62,422 nt of DNA, from NCBI GenBank assembly GCA_964632485.1, contig CAZWDO010000011.1, positions 62,001-124,422 on the forward strand, written 5' to 3'. The notes beneath the pieces were generated by a model. The model searched no databases, was not told where the DNA came from, and saw nothing but the letters and a program-made list of their open reading frames with translations. Source of the DNA: an uncultured bacterium. GTDB taxonomy: Bacteria; JAGOEH01. Shown piece by piece: positions 21,586 through 32,313 of the stretch (within the stretch, counting starts at the first letter, position 1; every line of letters begins with the position of its first letter). The translations under genes and the position numbers were made by a program.

Positions 21586-22958
21586 TGCGCATTTTGGCAA
21601 TTAATCCGCCGATTACGGATTTTGCAGCCTACGATCTTTGGGCCTGGCCCTTGGGCCTGCTTTACCTGATCAGTTATCTGGAACGGAGCGGCCATTCTAT
21701 TGATCTGCTCGATTGCCGCTATCGCTATCATCCATTGCTGTTAGCCGAACACCCCCCAAAAAACAAGCGATCCTTCAGCGGACCCTATTTTAAAACTCCT
21801 TTCCCAAAACCTGAACCCTATCAGTCTCAATCCCGCCAATATTATCTGTATGGATTGCCACCTGAAAAAATCGAATCTTATCTCACAGCTATTCAGACAC
21901 CCGATCTGATTATAATCTCAGGCTTAATGACCTATTGGTATCCGGGAATTATCTATATAGCGCAACGCTGTAAATCATTATTTCCAAGAACACCCATTTA
22001 TTTAGGGGGTATTTATGCCACACTATGCCCCGATCATGCCGCCTCACTCCCCCATATCGACGCAGTATTTGGGCGAGAGCAGATGAATGATTTCTTTCAT
22101 CTAATCCACAGCGGCAATTTTGAGGATTTTATAAATTCAATGGAAGACCTTACACCGGCCTATCATCATTATCAACGATTACCCTCTCTGGCCTGGTTAA
22201 CAGGTATCGGCTGTCCCTTCCGCTGTGAAGTTTGCGCCTCTTCCCAGCTCAATCCACATTTTACTAAATTCGATACTTTAAAAAACGCGCAAAATCTCCA
22301 GCGTCTTCTGAAAAAAAAACATACTCACCATATCGCATTTTATGACGATGCATTATTGGTCCGGGCTGAAGAAAGCATACTTCCCTGGTTGGAACAAATA
22401 AACGCTACCGCCCAAGGATTAGCATTTCATACACCCAATGGCCTGCATTTACGATATATCTCTCAGGAAGTCGCTCGGGCGCTTAAAAAAGCTAATTTTC
22501 AAACCTTACGCCTTTCGCTTGAATCAAAACTCCCGGCATACCAGCAAAAAATGGATCAAAAAGTAACCAACTCTGAATTTGAAACCGCGCTGGAACGATT
22601 GCGTTCGGCAGGTTTTACTCCCTCCCAGTTGGAAGTCTATGTGATGATGGGATTGCCGGACCAGCATATCCGGGAAGTGGCAGAAACCATTTTTTATCTG
22701 GCAGAATTAAATGTAAAAACAGTTTTAGCTGCTTATTCGCCGATTCCGGGCACGCCACTTTTTACAAAACACTTTGAAAGCCAACTGGATCCATTGTGGC
22801 ACAACCAATCGGTGTACCACTCTTTATCGGGCCAGGATATTTCCTTAATGAAAAAAATTCGGCATCTGGTTTCTTTGATAAACCAGGGTATCGATCAGGG
22901 TTGTAATATATGGGCCGATCCCTTGTTAAAAAAAATCATAAAAGTTTCAATTATTTAA
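21585..22958 (+). CDS. B12-binding-domain radical SAM protein
   Basis: PLGLLY, MTYWYPG, LGGIYATL, CPFRCEVC, FHTPNGLH; TAATG coupling to argS. Confidence 0.88.
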   Translation: MRILAINPPITDFAAYDLWAWPLGLLYLISYLERSGHSIDLLDCRYRYHPLLLAEHPPKNKRSFSGPYFKTPFPKPEPYQSQSRQYYLYGLPPEKIESYLTAIQTPDLIIISGLMTYWYPGIIYIAQRCKSLFPRTPIYLGGIYATLCPDHAASLPHIDAVFGREQMNDFFHLIHSGNFEDFINSMEDLTPAYHHYQRLPSLAWLTGIGCPFRCEVCASSQLNPHFTKFDTLKNAQNLQRLLKKKHTHHIAFYDDALLVRAEESILPWLEQINATAQGLAFHTPNGLHLRYISQEVARALKKANFQTLRLSLESKLPAYQQKMDQKVTNSEFETALERLRSAGFTPSQLEVYVMMGLPDQHIREVAETIFYLAELNVKTVLAAYSPIPGTPLFTKHFESQLDPLWHNQSVYHSLSGQDISLMKKIRHLVSLINQGIDQGCNIWADPLLKKIIKVSII

Positions 22959-22967
22959 AAAAAAGAC

Positions 22968-22996
22968 TTGCTTTTTTGTTTTAATCATCGTATATT
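22968..22996 (+). promoter_or_regulatory. sigma70-type promoter of the RRM gene
   Basis: TTGCTT-17 bp-TATATT. Confidence 0.7.
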
Positions 22997-23097
22997 ATAT
23001 GCAAGCGATCTGTTTCATCTGCCCTCTATGGGGATATCTCACTCTTGCACTGGCATGTTAGTGAAATTTTATTTTTTTTTTATGCAGGAGTTTTTTT

Positions 23098-23406
23098 ATG
23101 TCGAATGCTAAGCTTTATGTAGGAAATTTAAACTACAAAACCACCGCTGATGAAATTCGTGAAATGTTTAGCCAACATGGTTCGGTTACTGACGTTATCG
23201 TCATGGAAGGCAAAGGATTTGGTTTCGTAACCATGGATACTCAGGAAGCTGCGGATCGCGCCAAAGAAGCGTTGAATGGGACAGAAGTTGGTGGTCGTAC
23301 ACTTCGTGTTAACGATGCTCGTCCGGCCCAGCCTAAGGGAAATCGTCCCTTTAATAGTAGTAGCAGTAGCCGCCCCAGAAGCAATTTTCGTTCTAATTCT
23401 TATTAA
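23098..23406 (+). CDS. RRM (RNP-1) RNA-binding protein
   Basis: RNP2 LYVGNL, RNP1 KGFGFV, LRVNDAR; AGGAG RBS. Confidence 0.95.
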   Translation: MSNAKLYVGNLNYKTTADEIREMFSQHGSVTDVIVMEGKGFGFVTMDTQEAADRAKEALNGTEVGGRTLRVNDARPAQPKGNRPFNSSSSSRPRSNFRSNSY

Positions 23407-23465
23407 TTTTTTGTTCTTAACTTAGACATGCCAGATCTAGTCAGAGTAGGATATTTGTTTCAGAT

Positions 23466-23496
23466 AAAAACCCCGCCATGAGCGGGGTTTTTTTTT
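23466..23496 (+). terminator. Intrinsic terminator
   Basis: CCCCGC-CATGA-GCGGGG followed by T9, A5 on the other side. Confidence 0.9.
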
Positions 23497-23581
23497 AAAG
23501 GAGTTTTATTATGAAGCCCAGGGATTCGCGCTTTGTTATTATTATCAACACATCCAATAATATGGATCAAAAAAATCCATT

Positions 23582-25006
23582 ATGAAACGTTTTTGGCAAA
23601 ATTGGCTGGATGAATCACTTCCTCTGCTCTTAGAAACATCAATTAATGGTTTTTTTCAAATACCCCAGGGAATTAGTATTCGGCTTCAATCCTCCGTTTC
23701 ATGGATTATATCCCTCAATCCTCAGCATCCTCTTACATTTATAATATTCCATTCGATTGAAGCGGAGCTATACCCAAAATTTCATGATTTTCTGAATGGA
23801 TCCCGAATTTTAAACGTATCTCTTTTACACGATGACCAGGTATTGAAGATTGAACTTCAAAAAAGGCATCCGCTGGGAGATCAATTGCGCTATGAGATGT
23901 TTATCGAACTAATCCCCAGATTCAGCAATCTGATCATTATAAAAAACAATATTATTCACCTGGCATATAAATATTATAATCACAAAGACAATCCCCTCCG
24001 TCCAATACTGATTCGCGAAACCTATCAACTGCCTCCTCCCCCCCAGATCATCAGAGATTTTAATTATCTGCCAAAAAACATTTCCGATCAGGGCAATTAT
24101 CCATTCAATCAAGCGCTGGAGACTGCCTGGCAAAGTTATACACTTATTGATCCATCCCAGCAAATAGCCGTTGAATATGCCCGCGCACTGGATAAAGAAA
24201 CCAGACGAATGGAAAAACTATTGGACCATCTGTTGCAGGAGTTATCCGATACAGTAAAATTGAACTGGTACTATCGATGCGGCGCCGCCATACAAAATTC
24301 AATCCACCTGATTCCTTCGGATTGCCTGAAGATCGAACTACCCGACTATACGGTTGAGCCTCCGGTGACGATATCGATTCCTTTACAAAAAGATTTAAAA
24401 CCGGCGGACCAGTGCCGTCATTATTTTGAACGCTATAAACGATTAAAAAAAACTCGGGAAGGTCTGTCCGTCCGCATTGATCAGATACGGCAAAAAATTT
24501 ATCATTTAAAAAGCGAAAAAGAAAGAATTCATGACTCCCCGCTCGAGGCGCTTCAACGCGCATACCAGAAATTTATCAAAGAGAATACGCCGCGGGGACG
24601 GCCCAATTCACCGGAACGAAATCCGGCGATTGAATTTTATCTGAGCACAGGGCGGAAGGTTTGGGTTGGCCGGTCGGCTGCTGACAACGATTTTATTACG
24701 TTCAAAGTTGCCAAAGGATACGATTTTTGGTTTCACGCGCGAATTTACAGGGGATCGCATGTTATTGCCTTTATGCGCTCACCGCAGGAATCGCTGACCT
24801 ATCAGGAAATTGAAGAAACGGCCCAAATTGCGGCATTTTACAGTGAAGCCCGTAATTCAGGTTTAGTCCCCGTCGATTATACACGCCGTAAATATGTACG
24901 GAAACCCCAAAAAGCAGTTGCGGGAAAAGTCATCTTTGAACGGGAAAAAACAGTGATGGTTCCCCCAAAACTGCCTCATATCCAGTCTGAGGAGAAAACA
25001 CTATGA
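23582..25006 (+). CDS. rqcH: NFACT/FbpA family ribosome quality control protein RqcH (Rqc2)
   Basis: ELIPRFSNLII, YQLPP, YFERYKRLK coiled coil, NFACT-R VGRSAADND...WFHARIYRGSHV...VDYTRRKYVRKP. Confidence 0.85.
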   Translation: MKRFWQNWLDESLPLLLETSINGFFQIPQGISIRLQSSVSWIISLNPQHPLTFIIFHSIEAELYPKFHDFLNGSRILNVSLLHDDQVLKIELQKRHPLGDQLRYEMFIELIPRFSNLIIIKNNIIHLAYKYYNHKDNPLRPILIRETYQLPPPPQIIRDFNYLPKNISDQGNYPFNQALETAWQSYTLIDPSQQIAVEYARALDKETRRMEKLLDHLLQELSDTVKLNWYYRCGAAIQNSIHLIPSDCLKIELPDYTVEPPVTISIPLQKDLKPADQCRHYFERYKRLKKTREGLSVRIDQIRQKIYHLKSEKERIHDSPLEALQRAYQKFIKENTPRGRPNSPERNPAIEFYLSTGRKVWVGRSAADNDFITFKVAKGYDFWFHARIYRGSHVIAFMRSPQESLTYQEIEETAQIAAFYSEARNSGLVPVDYTRRKYVRKPQKAVAGKVIFEREKTVMVPPKLPHIQSEEKTL

Positions 25007-25491
25007 AAATTGGTATCTTTTCCGACACACATGATTATATTCCTATGGTCAAAAAAGCTATGCAGACCTTTAAGGAAAAAAAAGTTGAACACCTGCTATT
25101 TGCGGGTGACCTGGTGTCCCCTTTCGTTATTGATACCATTGCCGCTTCAAAAATTCCACTTACCGCAGTTTTCGGCAACAACGAGGGTGAAAAAGTCTTC
25201 ATTATGAAAAAAATGGCCTCCGTCGGAGAGATTTATGATGCCGCCTACTCATTGGAATTAGCCGGCTGTTCTATTTTTATTTGTCATTATGACTGGATCG
25301 CCACTCATTTAGCCGAGCATTCCAATTATGATATTATTATCTATGGCCATACCCATAAAGCCGATATTCGCAGCGTTCACGGACACCTATTGATCAATCC
25401 CGGTGAATGCTGTGGTTATCTTACCGGTCATGCCACAATCGTTGTGCTGGACCTGCCTTCGAAACGGTACGAATTGATCGAACTGAATTAA
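25003..25491 (+). CDS. YfcE/MJ0936 family metallophosphoesterase
   Basis: SDTHD, AGD, GNNE, GHTH, INPGE. Confidence 0.92.
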   Translation: MKIGIFSDTHDYIPMVKKAMQTFKEKKVEHLLFAGDLVSPFVIDTIAASKIPLTAVFGNNEGEKVFIMKKMASVGEIYDAAYSLELAGCSIFICHYDWIATHLAEHSNYDIIIYGHTHKADIRSVHGHLLINPGECCGYLTGHATIVVLDLPSKRYELIELN

Positions 25492-25692
25492 TACTCAGAG
25501 GGTTTTCGAATTAAAATGCTCGTTTGTATAAAATCATATAAAACAATAAATTCTTTTTTTGAGTAAAATTTCGAAAAAATCAGATTATAGAAAAAAAAAT
25601 CATCCTTATGCTACTCCGTGAGTTACTCCAAATTTTTCTCCGGTAGATAACGCAGTAGCTCGATAAAAGGTTCTGTTTCAGTACCGTCTGAT

Positions 25693-27046
25693 CTATTTAA
25701 TCAATGTCATCTGTAGGGTTTTTGTTTTGTCTCCGCAACGAAGTAATGCAATATAGACACCTGTTGTTAAGTTATACGCAGAAATATTGATGGAATGCGC
25801 GCCGGAACAAGCCTTGTCCTTCAATACATTCATTACTTTCTGTCCTTGAATATTGTATAGATCAATTTGAATTAATTGCCCTGCTAATTCTGTCGCGATC
25901 TTGTACGTTAATGTAGTAATTGAATTAAATGGATTGGGATAATTGGTCAACAGTTCAACTCCACCCAAAGTCAGATATTCTTTTTCAACGACTGCCAGAG
26001 GGCGAGATTTGGAATTAAATGCGCAAATTCCATTATTGGTCGATAACACATACAGAATAAAATTTCCAGTGGAATCGATTTCTGCACATACATCTCCGGT
26101 GGCATTCGGATTGGTATTAACATAAAGAGAAGGAGTAATCCCATATTGGACAGCCTGGCCAAAACCTTGAGTAACATCAATAACGCATCCGGTTTGGCTG
26201 TATTCATTACCTGCGCTGTTACGGCATTGAAATAACATAAGCAATTTTCTGCCATCGGCAGTTTGCAATAGTTTTACCGACGAAGTCTCTACAGGAATCA
26301 GATCGTTGCTTAAAACAGCGATAAAATTGCCAGTGCCAGAATATTCTTTTACCATCATAGATTGACTGGTAACATAAAAACCATCATTCGGATTCAAGGA
26401 TTTTGGACAAACTGACGGCATGGCGCCAATTGTGGAATTGCCGGGCAAATCGCTTAATATAATAATCTCCGGTATTTGGTTAAAACTGCCATTGGAATTT
26501 TGTTGCCAACGTAATACCACATTACTATTAGAGGCGCAGGCATAAATTATAGCCGACCGGTCCGCAACGGAGCCGACTACGCTAAAATTATCACCCAGTC
26601 GATAACCCGAACTATTCGTGTAGGAAATGACAGGAGTCGGAACAGAAAATTCATCGTTCCAACGATAAATTTTAAATGCTGAATTTTCTGTATTAATTGT
26701 CAAATTGCAGGCAAAAATAAAGCCATCATCCGAAGATTCCGCATGGCAATTTCGACTTCATGTGTCGGTCCGTATTGCGTTTCATCCTTGAATTTATTCT
26801 CGATTTCGCGGGCTGGCTGCCCAGTCTGCCCATGCTGGTCAGCTGCCCATCCCTTATGCTTAAAGGGTTCATGTCTAATTCCGGGGAGCCTTTCTTTAAA
26901 AACCAAAACGATTCGCAAGCGGAAGTATCAATCCCTTCAGGCGCTGTTAAATAAACACCAATCTGATCAGCTAACTGCTGATAGGGAGACTGGGCCACTA
27001 CTAAACTACTTATTCCTAATAGAATCACAATTACTTTCAATTTCAT
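25693..27046 (-). pseudogene. Disrupted secreted protein (DUF4623-like propeller plus T9SS type A C-terminal domain)
   Basis: Signal-peptide ORF from 27046 is out of frame with the body, which resumes ESSDDGFIFACNLT...FKIYRW and ends NYPNPFNS...GVY...MTLIK; unrelated ~135 bp lies between. Confidence 0.65.
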
Positions 27047-27382
27047 GTAATATTTTCCTTTCGAAAATTTGAAATAAAAAAACTAACATTACCCGCAAAA
27101 TTGATCCATAATTTAATATCTTTGGCATAAAAAGTCAAGAAAAATAGTACATACACAAATATTTTACTATAACATATTAATCCATATATCAATTGGAGTG
27201 ATTTGATAAATCAAACCCCTATCCCCGTCCAAACACTATTTGAATAGTGATTTGAAGTTAGGAATTAATTAATAAAAAACTGCATTGTTTTTTAAAAAAT
27301 AAAACTTTTCATCAATCCTTTCGTATAGTTTAAATATTTAACAGAGAACTTATAAAAATACAGAGAAAGGAAAGGAAAAGAA

Positions 27383-29644
27383 ATGAACGGCAATTCGGAA
27401 TTAAAAATGAACAGATTTATAGCAATCGCATTGATTTCCACGGGATTGATGATGTTAGAAATTGTTTGGACTCGTATCTTTTCCGCGGAATTTTACTATG
27501 CGTTCGCTTTTTTGATTTTATCGGTTTCAGTGATGGGGTTGGGTCTGGGGGGTCTGGCGCTAAGATTTTTCCCACGGCTGAATGCGATTTCCCGCATCAG
27601 CGCCATTCTTTCATTGACGGGCGCGCTGGCAATCATCGGACCTTTAGCCGCGATTCATATTGGTATGGATTTTAGCCAATTATTAAGCAACTGGACAATG
27701 CTTCTCCGTCTGCTATTAATAATTTTATTATTATGTGGCGCATTTTTTACCGGTGGAATAGCGGTAGCGCTGATGTTCAGACAATATCACCGGGAGATGC
27801 CGCGTCTATACATGTCGGACCTGCTGGGCGCTGGACTGGGAGTTCTATTAGCCATCGTTTCGATGAATCTGATAGGAACTCCCAAGACAACAGCCATCGC
27901 TGCTCTACCCATTCTTATTACAGCATTAGCGACGGCAGCCTCTCATTGGAAAAAAATTGCCCCTGCATTCCTGGTTATCATTTCACTGGGGCTTCTGCCA
28001 ATCGCCAATCGAATTTATAACATGCCCCGTGAAGAACGCGCCGAACTCTATTATACTCATTGGGATGCCATGGCAAAAATCAAAGCATTCAAATATGATG
28101 AAAATTTCAGGGGTTTTAATATCGACAATGCCGCGAATAGCCCCATCTACAAGTTTGACGGGAATTGGGATATCCCCGACTCGCTCAAACCAGAATTTGC
28201 CATCGATCTCAAGTATTTGATGCAATCAATGGATTCATGCGTTTATATGGCATTAGGAGCCGGAGGTGGATCTGATGTACTTCATGCTTTAAAGAACGGA
28301 GCCAGCGAAATCCATGCAGTAGAAGTCAATTCACATATCAATGAATTATTGACCCGCGGCCATCTGGTGGATTTCACCGGCCGAATATATCTTGACCCTC
28401 GCGTCAAAGTGATTACTGAAGATGGACGGGCTTATGTTCGGCGTTTTCAAAATAAATTCGACATCATCTATTCTCTCAGCTCAAATACATTTTCCGCATT
28501 AGCTTCCGGCGCGTTTGCCCTGGCTGAAAATTATCTCTTCACTACCGAAGCATTTCGCGATTACTATATTGCCCTTTCGGATCGTGGATTTTTATCAATG
28601 GAACACCAATTCTATATGCCGCGAATTGTCAGTCAGGTTAAAGACGCGCTTCATGCTTTAGGGGTCGCTCATCCGGAAACTCATTTTGCCGTTTATAACT
28701 TACCCAAAATGCGACGCAACATTCTGCTGCTCTCCAAACAGCCCCTAACCGAAGAGATCATCCAAAATGCGTATAGACCCCTTACGCAGGAAAACCATGA
28801 GGATATTCATTTATTATTCCCTGCCGAGGATTCATTGAAAACCAACCTCATTAACCGTATCGCCGAAAACGGTTGGCAATCCGTCCAGGATTCGACAGCG
28901 ATTGATTTATCACCCTGTACGGATAATCGTCCGTTCATAGCCCAAATGGGTTTATGGAAAAATTTCAAAACCTCTGGATTAGATAAAATCATCCCCTGGG
29001 AATTTAAAGGGTTTCCTTTGGCAAAACTCATTATCATCGCTATTCTGGGAATACTACTTTTAATAGTCCTACCATTAAATCTGGTCCCCTATTTTTTTAA
29101 GCAACCAAAACTTTCTTTTGTTAACTGGTTATACTTTTTTACCATCGGTCTGGGATTCATGATGCTTGAAGTCGTTTTAATACAAAGATACACACTATTT
29201 ATCGGGTCTTCCGCATATACGGTCGTTGCAATCCTGGTGTCGCTATTATTCGCATCCGGGATAGGAAGCCGAATGGCGCCCTATTTTAAAGACCCAATTC
29301 CGTTTATCGCGATCGCAGTGTGGATTATACTGGAACTGACCGTTTTAGGCAGAATTACTCATGCCATGGATTATTTAAATATGTTTGCGCGCATGATGTT
29401 AACTGCTATTCTTATAAGCCCGCTGGGGTTTTTTATGGGAATGCCTTTTCCGAAAGGGGCGATGTACGCCAAGGACCTGATTGACTGGGGTTTTGCCGTC
29501 AACGGCGCGGCGTCGGTGCTGGGATCGGTCAGCATCATTCTTATCTCTTTCATCTATGGTTTTAATGCCTCATTTTGTTTGTGCGCAATGGTTTATTTAC
29601 TGGCTATGGGCTTATCCTGGCTGCAACGAAAAGGCGAACTATAG
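27383..29644 (+). CDS. Multi-pass membrane protein with central spermidine-synthase-like SAM-binding domain
   Basis: TM clusters at both ends; LGAGGGSDV, AVEVN, EDGR, FDII, TDNRPF, MGMPFP. Confidence 0.8.
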   Translation: MNGNSELKMNRFIAIALISTGLMMLEIVWTRIFSAEFYYAFAFLILSVSVMGLGLGGLALRFFPRLNAISRISAILSLTGALAIIGPLAAIHIGMDFSQLLSNWTMLLRLLLIILLLCGAFFTGGIAVALMFRQYHREMPRLYMSDLLGAGLGVLLAIVSMNLIGTPKTTAIAALPILITALATAASHWKKIAPAFLVIISLGLLPIANRIYNMPREERAELYYTHWDAMAKIKAFKYDENFRGFNIDNAANSPIYKFDGNWDIPDSLKPEFAIDLKYLMQSMDSCVYMALGAGGGSDVLHALKNGASEIHAVEVNSHINELLTRGHLVDFTGRIYLDPRVKVITEDGRAYVRRFQNKFDIIYSLSSNTFSALASGAFALAENYLFTTEAFRDYYIALSDRGFLSMEHQFYMPRIVSQVKDALHALGVAHPETHFAVYNLPKMRRNILLLSKQPLTEEIIQNAYRPLTQENHEDIHLLFPAEDSLKTNLINRIAENGWQSVQDSTAIDLSPCTDNRPFIAQMGLWKNFKTSGLDKIIPWEFKGFPLAKLIIIAILGILLLIVLPLNLVPYFFKQPKLSFVNWLYFFTIGLGFMMLEVVLIQRYTLFIGSSAYTVVAILVSLLFASGIGSRMAPYFKDPIPFIAIAVWIILELTVLGRITHAMDYLNMFARMMLTAILISPLGFFMGMPFPKGAMYAKDLIDWGFAVNGAASVLGSVSIILISFIYGFNASFCLCAMVYLLAMGLSWLQRKGEL

Positions 29645-29851
29645 AACGACTCCAGCGATAGAATTCCATATTTGTAAAAAATCAATTGCAGAAAAAAATA
29701 CTTGACAAATTGTACTAAAGTGCTATATTATTTATTGAATCAGAGTTCATTTACAATGGTTCAAAACTGGTATTTCTCAGAAAAGGATATATATATGTCA
29801 AGTTTCGCAAGACAATTCAAAACCATGTTCCAAGGCAAACGATAGGACCCC

Positions 29852-31447
29852 ATGGAAGTTAAAAAACCATCGTACTCCGATCTGGCAAATGAGAATCAAA
29901 AGCTCAGAGAAAAATTGGAGCAAATGGAAAACCAGCACTATTTAATCCACCAGATCGAGGAGATTTGCCATTACTTGCCTGCGGCGGTCTATAAGTTTAA
30001 AATTGATGCTAATGGCGTTTTTCATATCCCCTATATGAGCCAGAGCGCTGAAACGATTTTGGAACGACCGGTCAATAAATTAAAAGATTCATCATTACTT
30101 TTAGACACAATTCATCCCGCTGATATAGACGAATTCTCCCGCTCAATCCAGATATCCAGAGAAAAGCTTATCCCCTGGTTTTGCGAATTTAGACTCAAAT
30201 TTACCAATAAGACTAAATGGTTACGAGGTAACTCCACTCCCCACCTTCAATCCGATGGTTCAATTGTATGGGACGGTCTTATTCAGGATATTACTGAAAT
30301 AAAAGTCAAGGAAGCGGAATTACTGCAAGCCAAGGAGAGAGCCGAAGAAAGTGATCGGCTGAAGTCAGCTTTTCTGGCAAATATGTCGCATGAAATCCGC
30401 ACACCTCTGAATGGCATACTTGGTTTTTCGCAATTGATTACAGCGGATGATTCTACAACAGAGAAAAGAAATTTTTACGGCGAGATTATAAAAAATTCAT
30501 GCGATCAATTATTAAATGTAATCAATGATATCATTGATATATCAAAAATCGAGGCGAATCAAATCGAAATGAAACTGACGCCGGTTAATATTAACTATAT
30601 TTTGGAGAAGATAATCTCAATTCATTTTGAAAATATTACACATCGTAACCTCATTCTCCATAAAAATTTCGCGCTCAGTGACCAGGAATGTCTGTTTGTT
30701 TGCGATGAAACCAAGCTCTATCAAATTCTCAACAATCTGCTTTCCAACGCCATCAAATTTACTGAACAGGGTTCGATTGATATTGGCTATATGATAAAAA
30801 ATCCTTTTATAGAATTTTATGTAAAAGATACGGGAGTTGGGATTAATAAGGAAGATCAGCAAATTATTTTTGAACGATTTCGCCAGGTGGAGACTACCTT
30901 GTCGAGACGTCGTGGGGGCAGCGGATTAGGGCTTTCAATTTCTAAAGCTTATGTTGAACTGATCGGTGGCAAAATATGGCTGGAATCAGATTTGGACAAG
31001 GGCACTACCCTGTTTTTTACAATCCCGTTGCTGGCTCATACAACAAGTATAACACCAAGTCAAAGCCCGCCGATTAACTCTGAACTAATGCAAAACGTAA
31101 CGATTATGGTCGCAGAAGACGATGCCATCAACGCGCTCTATATGAAAGAGTTATTATCGGGAATGGGGGCGAGCGCCATCATTGCCAGAAATGGGCATGA
31201 AGCGGTCGATTTAGTTAAGGCGAATAAACATATCAATCTAATTCTCATGGATATCCAGATGCCAGTCATGAATGGATTGGAAGCAACGCAGATCATTAAA
31301 TCGTTTACCCAAATTCCGATCATTGCGGTAACGGCATTCGCATTGTCTAAGGATAAGGAATACTATCTTCAAAACGGTTGTGATGATTATATCTCCAAGC
31401 CGATTCAAAAAAACGTTTTAATAACCACCATTGAAAAATATCTTTAA
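29852..31447 (+). CDS. Hybrid histidine kinase (PAS-HisKA-HATPase-REC)
   Basis: FLANMSHEIRTPLNG, NAIKFT, GSGLGL, LMDIQMP; TTGACA-16-TATATT promoter at 29702-29729. Confidence 0.93.
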   Translation: MEVKKPSYSDLANENQKLREKLEQMENQHYLIHQIEEICHYLPAAVYKFKIDANGVFHIPYMSQSAETILERPVNKLKDSSLLLDTIHPADIDEFSRSIQISREKLIPWFCEFRLKFTNKTKWLRGNSTPHLQSDGSIVWDGLIQDITEIKVKEAELLQAKERAEESDRLKSAFLANMSHEIRTPLNGILGFSQLITADDSTTEKRNFYGEIIKNSCDQLLNVINDIIDISKIEANQIEMKLTPVNINYILEKIISIHFENITHRNLILHKNFALSDQECLFVCDETKLYQILNNLLSNAIKFTEQGSIDIGYMIKNPFIEFYVKDTGVGINKEDQQIIFERFRQVETTLSRRRGGSGLGLSISKAYVELIGGKIWLESDLDKGTTLFFTIPLLAHTTSITPSQSPPINSELMQNVTIMVAEDDAINALYMKELLSGMGASAIIARNGHEAVDLVKANKHINLILMDIQMPVMNGLEATQIIKSFTQIPIIAVTAFALSKDKEYYLQNGCDDYISKPIQKNVLITTIEKYL

Positions 31448-31455
31448 GGGAATTT

Positions 31456-32214
31456 GTGAACGAGCGTCGTTTAGACCAATCCCTGGTTGAAAGAAATTTG
31501 GTAACTTCCCGGCATCAGGCGCAACAATTGATACGCAGCGGGAATGTTCTCCTCAACCAGCGGGTTGTAACCAGGTCGTCGGCGCCAGTGAAACCATTGG
31601 ACCAGACTGTAATCAAAGAACCGTTGCGCTATGTCAGCCGGGCTGGGTACAAATTAGAAGCGGCGTTTAACGGCTTTTCATACAATCCGCAGGGTAAAAT
31701 TGCCCTGGATGTTGGCGCTTCGACCGGTGGATTTACGGATTGTTTGCTGCAAAACGGCGTTGATCATGTCTATGCCGTTGATGTGGGTCATGGCCAATTT
31801 ACCCCCCGGCTTAAAGACAACCCTCGCGTTACGTCATGGGAGAATACCGATATCCGCCACCTCCCGCATCCCCTCCCCCCCATCAATCTGGCCGTGGTTG
31901 ATGTTTCTTTTATCTCACTCAAACTTGTTATTCCCCATATCGTTCCTTTTCTCAGTATCACTGAAAGCCATATCATTTCCTTATTAAAACCTCAATTTGA
32001 AACAGGGCGCCCTCAATTGGTAAAAAAAGGGATTGTCCGCTCAACAATTTTAGTCGATAAAATCCTCAAAGACCTTTTTTCCTGGTTTTCCGAACATAAT
32101 CTCACACTTGTCAATTATATACCATCCCCGATTACCGGCTGGAAGGGAAACCAGGAATATCTGGTCCTTCTGAAACCATCAGAATGCCAAAATCCTCCCA
32201 TCCCACCGTCATAA
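31456..32214 (+). CDS. tlyA: TlyA family rRNA 2'-O-methyltransferase
   Basis: S4 domain RLD...SR; YVSRAGYKL, DVGASTGGFTD, DVSFISL, KPQFE, GNQEY. Confidence 0.94.
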   Translation: MNERRLDQSLVERNLVTSRHQAQQLIRSGNVLLNQRVVTRSSAPVKPLDQTVIKEPLRYVSRAGYKLEAAFNGFSYNPQGKIALDVGASTGGFTDCLLQNGVDHVYAVDVGHGQFTPRLKDNPRVTSWENTDIRHLPHPLPPINLAVVDVSFISLKLVIPHIVPFLSITESHIISLLKPQFETGRPQLVKKGIVRSTILVDKILKDLFSWFSEHNLTLVNYIPSPITGWKGNQEYLVLLKPSECQNPPIPPS

Positions 32215-32313
32215 AAAGACTTACTTCGATTTTCCGATGCAGATCATAGAATCAGTCAATTCAAAACACACTCGAAAAAACGAGACAACAACTTATAACA
32301 AAAGAAGGATAGG

